Shown here: piece after piece, positions 1 through 10,706 of the stretch | Position numbering within the stretch: the first letter of the stretch is position 1 | How the letters are laid out: every line of letters starts with the position of its first letter | Assembly: GCA_965217865.1 (NCBI GenBank) | Contig: CBDCJO010000002.1 | Coordinates: 192,001 to 256,000 of the forward strand | DNA length: 64,000 nt | Direction of reading: 5' to 3' | DNA from: Candidatus Latescibacterota bacterium | GTDB taxonomy: Bacteria > Latescibacterota > UBA2968 > SICM01 | Notes under the pieces: generated by a model | What the model was told of the DNA's origin: nothing | The model's input: the letters and a program-made list of their open reading frames with translations, nothing else | The model's database searches: none | Program-made: the position numbers and the translations under genes

Positions 1-559
1 GTCTGTTTCGTTAGAGTTTGCCGCCTTCCCCGCCGTGTTTCCTGAAACGTCTCTCGTCGTCGCCCTCACGACTATGGTTTCGCCAACGAAATTAATGGAG
101 TCCGGCGCACCAGATCCCACCGTCACCGCCATGCCGCCCGCGACCGGCTTGGTGCTCGCCTTCAGCGCGACCGTCTTTCGTACGATGAAGCGATTCGCAT
201 AATTTTGCGCAACGAAGGCGGTCGCGATCCCTGCATCGCTGGTATCCACTGCATTCTTGTGGGAGAACAGAAGGTCGTCGGCCCTGAATTCGACCACGAT
301 CCTCGCGTTCGACTCCGTGGCCCCCAGGGTATCAACGAAACCCGGTGCTGTGCCGGGCCGTAAGTCATACTCCCCCCACGATCGCTTTTTTTGTGGAGGT
401 CGCATCGTTGCCCGGATTCCGAATTAAAGTCGCACACGGGCCGGATTCCGTGCCTCAGCGGGCGATTCCGTGCCAAGGGGGGGGGGTTGGATTCCATAAT
501 TTCGGAGCGAGTATAAAAAGGCGGGTGGGTGAGGTCCCCCCAGCAACGAGGCCGGTCGT

Positions 560-700
560 CGTGTCCGGGCAGGTCCCTCAACGCCCACCGGATCGAAACC
601 GCCGTGGTGGAGCACGTCCGCGGCATCGGGATGAACCAACAGGTCGTGGCGGCCACGGTGGCCAAAGCGCGGGAACAACGGCTGACCGCTTCTCCGGGAA
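560..700 (+). pseudogene. Internal fragment of a large serine recombinase
   Basis: SLNAHRIETAVVEHVRGIG resembles the segment following the zinc ribbon; no start codon or catalytic domain. Confidence 0.45.
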
Positions 701-1339
701 GAGGGTCCCGCTCTTGAGCGGGAAGCCGTGGATGAAAGCGACCTGGCCCCGCGGTGAACGGTGCCCGCGAGCTCGCCTGGGTCTACACGATCGAGACCAC
801 GCGCATCAAACGGCGCCGGATCGTCTCCGGCTGCTGGCCGGAGTAACGGCCCGCCCAGTCGCTACCGCCCTCCGCAGCGCCAGGGACTGACCGAGTCTCC
901 AGACCTCAACTGAAGCGCCACCGCCGGATCGGTGCCACTCAGGACTTCAGTCCTTCTCGCCGCTTCGAGAACTCCATCGATCTCGACTCCCGCCGCAATC
1001 TCATCACTGATGCTGGCAACCCGGCTCCCGAGTCCGGATCGCCTAAACGCGGTTAGTTATGGAAAGGATCGTTGGGGCGTGCCCAGAGCCGGAAGAGCTT
1101 GAAGCATCCCCCCGCGAGAGCTTGTCCTGGAAAGCGTAGACCATGCCGGCACTCGAAGGCGGAGGGGTGGGGATGCGGTGGCCTTGTCGCTCCCAGTCGT
1201 AGCGGACGCTTTGCGTCATAGGTAAATGCCCGCGGCGCTCGTCACGGTCATGACCACGGTTCGCCCCCCGCATCCGTTTCAAGGCGGAAGGTTTTGTTCC
1301 CGTATCCATGCGTCTGCATCCGCTCGGCATGGAAGGTCC

Positions 1340-1485
1340 ACGTCTGGCGAATCGAAACTTTCATCTTTACTCATTGACCCCGAAGCGAGCATCGCCCCAT
1401 CGGGTGAAAACGACACCGGACAGACCCCTCCCGCATTCCCTTCAGAGGAAGAGACCCGGTCAACGCGAAAAGGCAAGCCCTTAAC
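1340..1485 (-). pseudogene. Fragment of a WD40/metallopeptidase paralog
   Basis: VSFSPDGAMLASGS WD40 blade; 1440-1485 is an inverted near-copy of about 1995-2035. Confidence 0.5.
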
Positions 1486-1793
1486 AGGAAGTACGGGCGA
1501 CCCTGGCGAGGTGGGGGGGTAAAAGTGTTCAGGGATCGACTTTGTGAAGCCGCATGTCCGCCTTTTGGGTTGCAAGCAATTTCCGTAGGCTGAAAACCAC
1601 AATATGTTGTGGTTTTTGACGGACGAGAATTATATATATTTAATAAACAATATGTTGCGACTGCGAAGGGGTACAAACGAGAGGACCTGAATCCTGGCGT
1701 TGTGTGATTTGGCAGGGTTCTTTATATTTGGGATTGAAAATAATTGACAAAACCCGACTCCCAATGGGCGGGCCTGTCGTAGTCTCAGTGTGA

Positions 1794-1897
1794 CAAGGGG
1801 AGAGGGTATGAAGCGCGGTATGATCTGGATGGCGATGGCACAATTGGGATTGGTGATTTTTTTGTCTTTTCCAACGACTTCCGCAAAGAAGCGTCAT
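1794..1897 (+). pseudogene. C-terminal EF-hand/dockerin-like tail fragment
   Basis: YEARYDLDGDGTIGIGDF; a paralogous tail lies at 10342-10440. Confidence 0.55.
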
Positions 1898-1956
1898 CAA
1901 ATTGACCTGTCTGTACGTGCAGGCGGATGTCTTTCACTTGAAAAGAGCATAACCTG

Positions 1957-3378
1957 ATGCAAAAATCCGTTCTTCGTCTCACCTCACCAATCAGATTGAG
2001 GGCTTGCCTTTTCGCGTTGACCGGTTTCTTCCTCTCCCCGATGTTTGTCAGCCATGCTTCTCCACAGCCGGCAAATGATGTGCATTTCTGCCTGCCCCTC
2101 GATTTTGAAGAAATGAGAGAGAGCGATAGTCTCTATGCTGCTCGCAAGCAGGCGTTTGACTTGAACGTTGGCGAATCCCGCACCGTGCGGATGATCTACT
2201 TCCTGCCCAATGACCGTCCGTTTCGCGCAGAAGTGGTTGATTCGATGAAAGTTGAGATTCGCCAGATTCAGACCTTCTACGGCGAACAGATGCAGGCGCA
2301 CGGATACGGGAACAAAACCTTCCGCTTTGAAACCGATGTGCAGGGCGTGCCGATGATTCATCGCGTGGATGGTCAACACCCCGACAGTCATTATCTTGAC
2401 CTCACATTTCCGGCTATGTATGACGAGCTTGAACAGGCGTTTGATCTCCGTGCGAACATTTACCTCCTTGTCATTGATAATAGTGGTGGAATTGATATTG
2501 GTTCTCGGCGTGTGGGAGGAATAGGAGGCGCCCGGGGAAAAAATGCTGGCTTTGCGTTGGTTCATGGGGGATTCGGCTTCAAAACGGCGGCCCATGAACT
2601 TGGACATGCCTTCGGATTGCAGCACGATTTCAACGATCACCCGTACTTCGATGAACCGTACATCATGTCATATGGCAACAGCCAACGATACTCTCTATCT
2701 GCGTGCAATGCCGAATTTTTGGCTGTGCACCCCTACTTCAATCCCAGTGTTGAAGCGCAAGAAGCGCCACCGCCGGCAATCGAACTCATTTCACAGACTG
2801 GCTATCCGGCAGGCTCGAGAAACGTCACCGTTCAACTCGAAGTCAGCGACCCGGAGGGACTTCACCAGGTGCTCCTGTTCGTTAGAACAAGAGAATTCCA
2901 GGCCGCCGGATCGCCTGAAGTGAAAGCGTGTCATGGATTGGCGGGTGCAAGAGATGCCGTCGTTGAATTTGATTATGACGGTGTCATTCCGTCTTATGAC
3001 TTGACGAGTCTTTCCAACCCTAACGCGCATCCCATTCATGTCCAGGCCGTTGATACTGACGGGAATGTTGGGCGGGTGCGTTTTAACCTCTGGGAAATTT
3101 CGCTACAACATATCGCCACCCTTAGGCATACAAATTGGAAGGATGAACCACTCCTTGCATCCCTTACGGCAGCGTCTGTACATGGCACCGTCGCGACAGG
3201 CGAATGGGCTGGACAACGGATCCGTCGTCGCTGGTCGATCCAAAGGAAGGAATCCGGGGCGGATCCCTCTGGGTCTCATCCCGTATTCTCTCATTTGAAA
3301 TGCCCCTTTTTGATGGCCTTTTGTTTTTTTTCACATTTCAACTATAGGCAAAATCAAGAAAAATTTACGCTTGTATAG
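1957..3378 (+). CDS. Secreted zinc metallopeptidase (metzincin/M12-like), probably 3'-truncated at about 3130
   Basis: Signal-like N-terminus, HELGHAFGLQH motif, Met-turn IMSYG; protein-like sequence ends after QHIATL, where WD40 repeats would start. Confidence 0.75.
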   Translation: MQKSVLRLTSPIRLRACLFALTGFFLSPMFVSHASPQPANDVHFCLPLDFEEMRESDSLYAARKQAFDLNVGESRTVRMIYFLPNDRPFRAEVVDSMKVEIRQIQTFYGEQMQAHGYGNKTFRFETDVQGVPMIHRVDGQHPDSHYLDLTFPAMYDELEQAFDLRANIYLLVIDNSGGIDIGSRRVGGIGGARGKNAGFALVHGGFGFKTAAHELGHAFGLQHDFNDHPYFDEPYIMSYGNSQRYSLSACNAEFLAVHPYFNPSVEAQEAPPPAIELISQTGYPAGSRNVTVQLEVSDPEGLHQVLLFVRTREFQAAGSPEVKACHGLAGARDAVVEFDYDGVIPSYDLTSLSNPNAHPIHVQAVDTDGNVGRVRFNLWEISLQHIATLRHTNWKDEPLLASLTAASVHGTVATGEWAGQRIRRRWSIQRKESGADPSGSHPVFSHLKCPFLMAFCFFSHFNYRQNQEKFTLV

Positions 3379-3430
3379 GGAATAGCCTTAGAAGATGTAA
3401 CCTAAGATTCTAAAGGAGCTGAACCCGTGA
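3367..3430 (+). repeat. ~60-bp promoter/RBS leader, second copy at 6727-6790
   Basis: acgcttgtatagggaatagcc(t)tagaag...taaga(t/c)tctaaaggagctgaaccc(g/a)tg at both positions. Confidence 0.8.
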
Positions 3431-3798
3431 ACGAAAGACAAGACAAAAATCCCGAAGACGACTTCTACCTGCACGTCAACACCACGGCCGGTGCCTTCAT
3501 TATGTCCGACACCGTGTTGACCGAAAACTTCGATAAAGACTACATCGAATTGATCACCCTCTCCGAGCGAAACTTCCTTGAGGGAGAGCTGCGGGAGATA
3601 ACCCCTTTGCCGTATCGAAAGGAGTTGGACGATCTTGTTGAGGAGATCAACCGGCAGATCGGCACGCCGGAGTTCGGCAATGGGATGACGGTCCGTGAAT
3701 CCTGGATACACGGGACCAGGGATTTCCCGTCACCGGAGCAGATCGAGCGGGCGGGGGGACACCTCGTCTTTTCCCGTTTGACGTTTCACGACGTTTGA
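3427..3798 (+). CDS. Hypothetical acidic protein
   Basis: AAGGAG RBS ahead of GTG, 123 aa. Confidence 0.6.
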   Translation: MNERQDKNPEDDFYLHVNTTAGAFIMSDTVLTENFDKDYIELITLSERNFLEGELREITPLPYRKELDDLVEEINRQIGTPEFGNGMTVRESWIHGTRDFPSPEQIERAGGHLVFSRLTFHDV

Positions 3799-3985
3799 CG
3801 GCTTTTTTGACTTCTGACTTCTGTATTCTGTATTCTGTATTCCGGTGGGGATGGGTGGAAGGGACTTACTTGCTACTGCTTTTCCCGTTTGACGTTTCAC
3901 GTTTGACGTTTGCCTTTCCTGCCGTTGCCACTGCTTTGCCTTCTCACGGTCTTTCCATCGTCTATCGTCCATTGTCCATCGTCAA
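3775..3985. repeat. Cluster of short heptamer tandem repeats
   Basis: gacgttt/cacgttt, ttctgac/ttctgta and ccatcgt/ctatcgt/ccattgt arrays. Confidence 0.7.
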
Positions 3986-4255
3986 TTTCATATGCGCAAT
4001 TATTTATGACGTAAAGTAGTGTTGAAAAATGTGCTCCAGGTCTATAACGGTCCTAATTTCTCTTATGAAATTCTCTGTCTGAAATCCTTTCAATATAGAT
4101 AGATAAAAGATACAGATCCTCAAATATCCATTTCTACCATTGAGGAATTGCAACCCTTTTACAACCCAAGCGACCCCCTGCTCCCATACCCGATCGGATT
4201 CCGGGTGTTATGACGAAACCTTGATTTTTAAATACGCCCTTCTTCTGCATCAAAT

Positions 4256-4969
4256 ATGTCGAACAGAGTGACCACTGAAAGATGGTCTTGCCATAAAATG
4301 AATGTAACAAGATATTCTATACTTATCACTTCTGTCGTTTCTGTACTATTCTTGACCACTCTAGCAGATGCGACCAACGATCTTGGACTCTGGCCAGAAA
4401 TCGGAATTAAGTTAAAGCAAAAAAACAGAAACTTAAAAGGTAATACACAAGTTCGATTCAGAGATAACATAAAAGATCTACACTACTTCAGAGCGGAATT
4501 TGGTCCTGGCTTCACTCTATCATTATTAGAATTCTTCATAATGTATCGATTCAATCCTCAAGAGAGAAACAGTACCTGGAATACCCAACATTACCTCCTC
4601 GTTGATCCAACAGTTAAGAAAATCAAGCTATTATCAAGCTCAAATCTGCTCCTTGATCTACGTAGTCGTCTCCAAATAAAATTAGGAGATAATGGAAGAA
4701 GCTTCTTGCGTGTACGTCCTCACTTATATCATAAGATGCGTTCGCAGAATATAGATAGTTGGTTTATCAATAACGAGTTCTTCATTCAAATCTCAGATCT
4801 TGGTCAGCGAAGCCGAGTCAATCAGAACCGTTTCTCCGTTGGTCTAAAGCTAAAGAGGGGCAATATCGATTTCTCACCTTACTACTTACTTCGGTCAGAT
4901 AAACCAACTTCTAGTGCTCCTTGGAACCACATTCATGTCATTGGCGTATCAGCGTATATGAATAATTAA
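4256..4969 (+). CDS. DUF2490-like outer-membrane beta-barrel protein
   Basis: Signal peptide; Q.RFRDN, NEFF and NQNRFSVG motifs; low GC. Confidence 0.7.
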   Translation: MSNRVTTERWSCHKMNVTRYSILITSVVSVLFLTTLADATNDLGLWPEIGIKLKQKNRNLKGNTQVRFRDNIKDLHYFRAEFGPGFTLSLLEFFIMYRFNPQERNSTWNTQHYLLVDPTVKKIKLLSSSNLLLDLRSRLQIKLGDNGRSFLRVRPHLYHKMRSQNIDSWFINNEFFIQISDLGQRSRVNQNRFSVGLKLKRGNIDFSPYYLLRSDKPTSSAPWNHIHVIGVSAYMNN

Positions 4970-4973
4970 TCAC

Positions 4974-5030
4974 GGTAACCCCCCGGCTCTGCCGGGGGAC
5001 TATTAAAGTTTGACAGTTCCGGGAATATGC
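4974..5030 (+). mobile_element. IS200/IS605-type left-end hairpin remnant
   Basis: cccccggc-tct-gccggggg hairpin followed by aaagtttgacagttccgggaat; no tnpA. Confidence 0.5.
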
Positions 5031-5131
5031 CTTTCGCCGTGCGAGCTGCGAAGCGAAGAAGTAGGCAATTCTGTTTGGACAGGATTGACGTACGTTAGAC
5101 CTCCCGTTCGTTTGTGCTCAGCAGATTGGAA

Positions 5132-6031
5132 TCACTTGCTGGTATGGAGCTCGGTTAGATGCCATTTACTAAGAAGATCTTTTCCTTCTTGCAGGTTCAC
5201 AGTGCCTTCATTCGAAATAACTGCTTGTCCTTCCTCACTGAGAATGTAATCTAGTAGACGCTTCGTATTCTCATCTGCATGCTTGGGTATTGCCATATAT
5301 AATGGCCTGAAATAGGGGTACTCCCCAGTTGATGTGTTTTCTTTTGAAGGGTAAACACCATCAATTTCTAGTACTCCCACATCTCTCTTTTTGGCTGAAC
5401 TAATCCCTGTCACCCCAATTCCGTTCTTATAGCGGGCGACGATATTCTTCTCAAGTGGACCAGATGACCCAAACTCTGTCGCTGAGGTTGGGAATTTGAA
5501 ATCTTTATCCCCCAATAGCAACAGACGAAACATAAGCCCTACTCCAGATATTTTGCCATCTCTGACAAGCAATATTATCTCCTTATTGTTCCCGCCAAGT
5601 TCCTTCCATGTTCTGGCTTTACCGGAATAGATGTCTTTGACCTGCTGGCTTGTTATGCCATTCACAGGGTTGTCTTTGTGTACTATCAATGCAAGGGCAT
5701 CCCAAGCAACGTGGATCAAATTGACATTGGCCTCTTCTGGGATCACATTATTCTGCTCGTCAACTAACAAGTGGCGGCAAGTACCACCAATGTGCGCATT
5801 ACCTGACGAAGTTAAACGAATGCCCTTTGTAGCACCGCCTCCGAACTTTTTAAATGGGATCCCCGTTTTTTGGGTAAACTTCTCTGCTATCTTCCCCATG
5901 AATGCGTTTTCGGTGATCCCGCAGCCCATCCATATTATCTGTGACTCTGCATGTGCTGAGATCGTCAAGAATAAAGTAAACCAAAATAGAGCCGTTGAAT
6001 TGAGTGTAGATTTCTTCATTGCAACCTCCAA
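5132..6031 (-). CDS. Phosphate ABC transporter substrate-binding protein (PstS/PBP-like), cassette-borne
   Basis: GGGATKGI, AWDALALIVHKDNPV and GEYPYFRPLY motifs; lies directly downstream of attC 6178-6260. Confidence 0.8.
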   Translation of the reverse strand: MEVAMKKSTLNSTALFWFTLFLTISAHAESQIIWMGCGITENAFMGKIAEKFTQKTGIPFKKFGGGATKGIRLTSSGNAHIGGTCRHLLVDEQNNVIPEEANVNLIHVAWDALALIVHKDNPVNGITSQQVKDIYSGKARTWKELGGNNKEIILLVRDGKISGVGLMFRLLLLGDKDFKFPTSATEFGSSGPLEKNIVARYKNGIGVTGISSAKKRDVGVLEIDGVYPSKENTSTGEYPYFRPLYMAIPKHADENTKRLLDYILSEEGQAVISNEGTVNLQEGKDLLSKWHLTELHTSK

Positions 6032-6177
6032 AAACGTTCATGTGCCTTCTGATACAACTTCTGATTTTGCGGAAAACTCGGGCATAGTTCATTCGGGGTG
6101 GAAATGACCCAAGATGGGGCAGGGAGTTGCCTTTGTTCCTCTTCTGCTTTTCAGATCAGCCCCCAAACTGACATGGT

Positions 6178-6260
6178 TGGTAACGTTCAACTCATTGCCG
6201 CACCCCGTAGGGGTTTGGCGAAGGCCCTTCTGGGCCGAAGCCGGCAATGGGGTGTTAGAA
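6178..6260 (-). other. attC site
   Basis: Minus strand TTCTAAC-accccattgccg...cggcaatgagttgaac-GTTACCA; near-identical to the site split at 41499/43138. Confidence 0.85.
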
Positions 6261-6296
6261 GCCGTGGCCACTCTCGCTTCAGTCAAACCGCCTTTC

Positions 6297-6720
6297 TCAG
6301 CCGGCTTCGGTTTCCAACGACTTTTCGGTTCTAAGTCTTTCGAAATAGCTTCGTCCAACTGCGAACCCAATCGCAACGCCAATCAGCGCACCTGCTACTG
6401 TGTCCGAAAGCCAATGGAGAGTCGTGACAGACATTCCAATGGCCATATACAAGACATAAAGAATGGCAAGGATTCGAACCCACATCTTCTCCGGGACAAA
6501 GGTCATCAAACCTGTCGCCAAGGCAACGGCGACCGCAGTGTGGCCAGAGGGCCAACCTTCCCACACACCTCCCCTAAGAAATCCGAACCTAAACATTAAG
6601 CTGATATCACCGGCGGCATCGGTATTGTCGCCACTTCTCCTCCTCAATATGGGACATCTCTGTCTTTGCAAAATAACCATACAAGAGAGGCTGTCCAGAA
6701 AAAAGACGATGACGAGTCAC
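6297..6720 (-). pseudogene. PAP2-family phosphatase, 5'-truncated cassette gene
   Basis: WPSGH and HWLSD motifs; ends just before attC 6178-6260. Confidence 0.7.
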
Positions 6721-6905
6721 TTCCTCACGCTTGTATAGGGAATAGCCTAGAAGTTGTAATGTAAGACTCTAAAGGAGCTGAACCCATGAGTGAAGCCACG
6801 TCGAGCCACCGCCTCCGGCGTGGCTCGACCTTGGCCCTTCGCGGGCGGGGCATCAAACCCCGCCCTTGACCAAAGGGGAACACATCCCCTTTGGAAACCC
6901 CAGGC

Positions 6906-7378
6906 TTAGCAGCCTGTTGAAAAAGTGCGTTTATGCCAAGATGACTGTTGTCTTTCCTTGTGGTTTGGTCCTATGATATATCAGGTTCAAACTGAGAAGG
7001 GAGGACGAGCAAATGGCAATGGGAAAACGAGGACGACAGAGACAGGAAAACCTGTTCATCGCATCGAACACTTTGGTGAAATCTCCGGGTCATCCGTTCT
7101 ACGAGAAGCTGAATCAGGTATTGGGGGCGAACGGCTTCGACGAGTTCGTCGAGGGGCTTTGCCAGCGGTATTACGCTCCTCATATGGGTCGCAAGGGCAT
7201 TCCGCCCGGGGTTTATTTTCGGATGCTTTTGATTGGGTATTTCGAGGGACTTGATTCGGAACGTGGGATCGAATGGCGTGTATCTGACTCGCTGACGTTG
7301 CGCCGGTTTTTGGGGTATGCCCTTGACGAACAGACCCCGGATCATTCCAGCCTGTCTCGCATCCGGCATCGGCTTCCC
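6906..7378 (+). mobile_element. IS1182/IS5-like left end with transposase N-terminal fragment (DUF772)
   Basis: ttag-cagcctgttgaaaaa IR; SPGHPFYEKLN...FEGLDSERGIEWR...TPDHSSLSRIR. Confidence 0.8.
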
Positions 7379-7379
7379 T

Positions 7380-7879
7380 CCCCGATATACCTCCGTGATA
7401 ACATGCCCACTGTATGCCTGGTTTGTATTAAAAAGATTGATCAAACGGGCTGGAATCCCGGCAACTTGGCTCAAAACGCAACCTACCCTCGCAACGTCAG
7501 TACACCAGTCTGATCCACGTTGGATGATCTCTTCTTCAGTCCCTCCGAACCGCATTTCATCCAAGCTTTCATCCACAACATTTTGGCCTAGCCTCTGAGT
7601 AAATCGTACTATTCCCTTGATTTTATCTTCATCCGAACCACAGTCTCCAACAGATTCTTTTAAATAGCTTTCTAACGTTGGGCGTGATCCTTTTTTATAC
7701 CGCACCTGAGTGGGAGTATATTCCTTGTATAAATATCCAGCAGTTTCGGTGCACAAACGAATCAATCGTTCCCATAACACCCAATCCACTGAACCAGGGG
7801 CATGAGTATCGTTTCCCAACATTTTCTGATACGCACACCCAAATTGACTAATACCTCTGTAATTGGAAAGGTTATCCAA
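7380..7879 (-). pseudogene. Transglutaminase-like cassette gene, 3'-truncated
   Basis: GSDWCTDVAR (Cys) and GHVITEVY (His); follows the R' box GTTAGGC at 7947-7953. Confidence 0.7.
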
Positions 7880-8078
7880 TGTCTTTTGCCCTTTAACAAG
7901 GATTTTTTATTCGGCGGAAGATAACCGGGGCCACCTTGCAAATGCCGCCTAACGATTTCTATATTGAGTAAAGGAGGAAAAAAACAGCGTTGAGGGGCTG
8001 AATCTTCCCTTGCAAGGCAAGGTGTCTTAAGATTCGGCAAGCGCAAGCAAACTCAACCCTCAACGCTGGAGGTATACG

Positions 8079-9402
8079 ATGAAGTCGAAAATCTTCCACC
8101 TTAAACGACAGGCCATCTCCCAGAATTTCGTCCTCGGGATCGATCCGGGCAAGGAAAAACACAGCGGGTCGGTGCTCGATCCCTCCGGACTTCAGCAAGG
8201 CGGGGCCTTCTCATTCCCCGTGACGCGAGCGGGATATGACCATACCCTCTGGCAGCATCTGGAGCGACGCATCAAAGATTGCGGGCCGGATCGGATGGTG
8301 GTGGCCATCGAGACGTCCTGCAATCTGTGGGTTACCCTGGCCCACTACCTCCAGGGGAAGGGGTATCGCGTGCTGCTGGTGAGCCCCCTCACGACGTATC
8401 ACGCAAGACCGATGATGCACCGCGATTTCTCCAAGTCGGATCCCAGGGATGCCTTTCTGGTGGCCGACAGCGCACAGAAGGGAAGCTATGATCTCTTCAG
8501 GACGTTCGAGCCTCACATGGAGGCCGCGCACCAGCTCTCAATCGCCTACGACAAGCTCCGGAAGGACCTCACAAAGTCCCTGCTCCGCACCCGGTCTCTG
8601 ATGGAACGCGTCTTCCCGGAGTTCCTCCACGCGGTCAACATTCGTACGAAGACCTCCCGCTACCTGTTGGAGCGATATTTCTTGCCCCGCCACTTCGAGG
8701 AAATTGACATCGAAGAGGAGGGCCTCCAGATCCATCGGATCTCAAGAGGCAGTTACGGGGTGGCGACGCTGCAGAAGCTGAAGGAGGAGGGCCCGGACCT
8801 CCATCGGGATCCCGGTCGAGGGCCAGGAAGATGTCCTCCGCATCATCCTGAATGGCTGGATCGAGGCGCTCCGGCGGACCGAGACGCAACTCAAAGCTGT
8901 GGAGCAGGCGATGATCGCCCGCACTCAGCAGGATCCGACTTTCCAAATCGTCGACTCGATCCCCAACATCAACAAAAACCTGGCTGCCCAATTTACCGCG
9001 GAGACGCGAGGGGCCACCCACTTCAAACAGATCGAGAAGCTCGCCGGCACGAACGTGCGCATCGCCGACTCCGGAAAGTACAAAGGCAAAAGGCGGATGA
9101 GCAAGATCGGCAATCCCCGGCTGCGGCGAATCATCTACCAGATGACCGAACAGACCGCCCGGGTCGTGCCCCAGGTCCGCCGCCGCTTCCTCGAACGCGA
9201 GCTCAGGAAGAAGTGCTACCGCAAGAATATCGTGGCCGCCTCGTCCCAGCTCCTACGGCTCATCGTAGCCCTGCTCAGAGAAAATCGTCTCTACGAGGAG
9301 AGAGACCACCCCGCGGCATCCCTCAAAACGCTCGAGAGGCGCTACATGAAGCGCTACAAGAAAAAGCAGCATCCCCGACGGCGCGCTCGCGCCGCCGCCT
9401 GA
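8079..9402 (+). pseudogene. IS110 DEDD recombinase with +1 frameshift near 8790
   Basis: GIDPGK, IETS and KSDPRDA (DEDD) motifs; C-terminal IADSGK...GNPRLR in a second frame; an extra G in a G-run may be a sequencing error. Confidence 0.85.
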
Positions 9403-9861
9403 CCGCTGCCGCGGTCACACTCGCTCTTTGACTTCGCTGCTCGATTCACACCCGGTGCAGTCTCCTGCCGGACCGGTTACACAAGCTGCCGCCTTCCAAG
9501 GCGGCCAGGGGCGGCCTGCAGAACTGGCTTGAGAGGAGGGCTCCGATAGGAGTCGCTTCGGCTAACAGATCCGCAGGCCTCCCCGTCTTCCTGGATCGGA
9601 TTAGAAAATGCGCGAAGACCGGCACACCTACTCACACAAACAAGAGTGCCGGCCGCGGATGTAAGTTGGTATCGGAAGACACCACCCCCCACACGGGAGC
9701 TTCGCCCCTCTTCAAAGACCGGTCCTGCACCATAAGGGCGAACTGCGCTCCGAACATAGTAAGAATGTCCACTTTACACCCCTTGACGCTGAGAAAACCG
9801 GCATAAAAAATCTCATCCAACCTCGAAATCGTCAACTTTGCTCTTGACTTTCCGCATGTAG
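9403..9861 (+). ncRNA. Putative bridge/seek RNA region of IS110 element A
   Basis: ~460-bp ORF-free 3' end with stems (cttcg/cgaag, gatcc/ggatc) enclosing a GCTAAC loop. Confidence 0.55.
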
Positions 9862-10016
9862 TCTGTCCACTCCCGAAGAGGCCGTGCATAGGAAACGCAA
9901 TCAGTGGTTTTAGAATCGGTCAACCTTTAACTCACGGCCTTTTCGGTCGAGCGAAGCGAGCCGGGAGTGGGCTGTTAGGCGAAGTGCCGGCCCGGGGTGG
10001 GGTGGGCTTGGCAGTA

Positions 10017-10340
10017 TGGACTTGACCCGGTTTGGTGGATACCTTATTACTTGGCAGAAAGGAGGATGCCACGATGCCGAGGCCACATCCGCCGTATCCG
10101 CCGGAGTTCAAGCGGCAGATGTTAGAGTTAGTGCGAGCGGGTCGCACGCCTCATGAGTTGTCCCGTGAGTTCGAGCCGTCCGCCCAGGCGATCCGGAACT
10201 GGATGTGGCAGGCCGATCTGGATGCGGGCCGCCGCAGTGATGGTCTGACCACCGAAGAGCGGGAGGAGATCAGACGCCTACGCCGCGAGAATAGGCAGTT
10301 GCGACAGGAGCGGGAGATCCTTGCAAAAACCGCGGCCTGA
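10017..10340 (+). mobile_element. IS3-family left end plus orfA (partial copy of 16263-17532)
   Basis: tggacttgacccggtt IR; MPRPHPPYPPEFKRQ. Confidence 0.85.
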
Positions 10341-10472
10341 TGGAAGGTATGAAGCAAAGTATGATCTGGATGAAGATGGCATGATTGGGTTTGGGGATTT
10401 TCTGATCTTTGCCGGCGACTTCGGCAAGGAGATGTCATAACTTGCCCCGCCGGTGATTAGATACATCTGAAT

Positions 10473-10500
10473 CACTACCGGCTAAAGCCGGCAGGTTTCT
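10473..10500 (+). mobile_element. IS200/IS605-type end hairpin remnant
   Basis: actaccggctaaagccggcaggtt. Confidence 0.4.
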
Positions 10501-10706
10501 AAACTCAGCCGGGAAACTGTCTCACTATTATAGACACGGAGGGAAGCCTCGTTGGGGAACAGCCATCTCGTCCAGCTAAGTCCCATAACGCATATAACTG
10601 ACTTTTTTATATTGACTTATCACGATGCATAAGGATCTGTCCTGTCCCATACCGATCCGCTTAGACCCCTTGCATCCGCTAATCTGTGGTGGATATATTG
10701 GTAGGT

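Larger units (their letters stand above)
7955..9861 (+). mobile_element. IS110-family element A with long 3' non-coding region, inserted in the attC R' arm
   Basis: Boundaries set by the restored attC; joined ends give TTGACT-17 bp-TATATT. Confidence 0.8.
7947..9980 (-). other. attC site (127 bp reconstituted) split by an IS110 element
   Basis: Joining 7947-7954 to 9862-9980 gives gcctaacgtctgtccactcccg...cgggagtgggctgttaggc, an attC palindrome. Confidence 0.8.

Noticed and set aside
5030-5100. attC downstream of the PstS-like gene
   Set aside because: GTCTAAC is present but not complementary to the upstream R' GTTACCA, and no right arm exists before the IS200-type end
6971-7879. 302-aa ORF as a single gene
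   Set aside because: Read-through from the transglutaminase fragment into the antisense strand of the IS1182 fragment
7955-9861. Group IIC-attC intron as the attC-interrupting element
   Set aside because: The ORF is a DEDD IS110 recombinase; no reverse transcriptase motifs were seen in the window, which also argues against a DGR or retron
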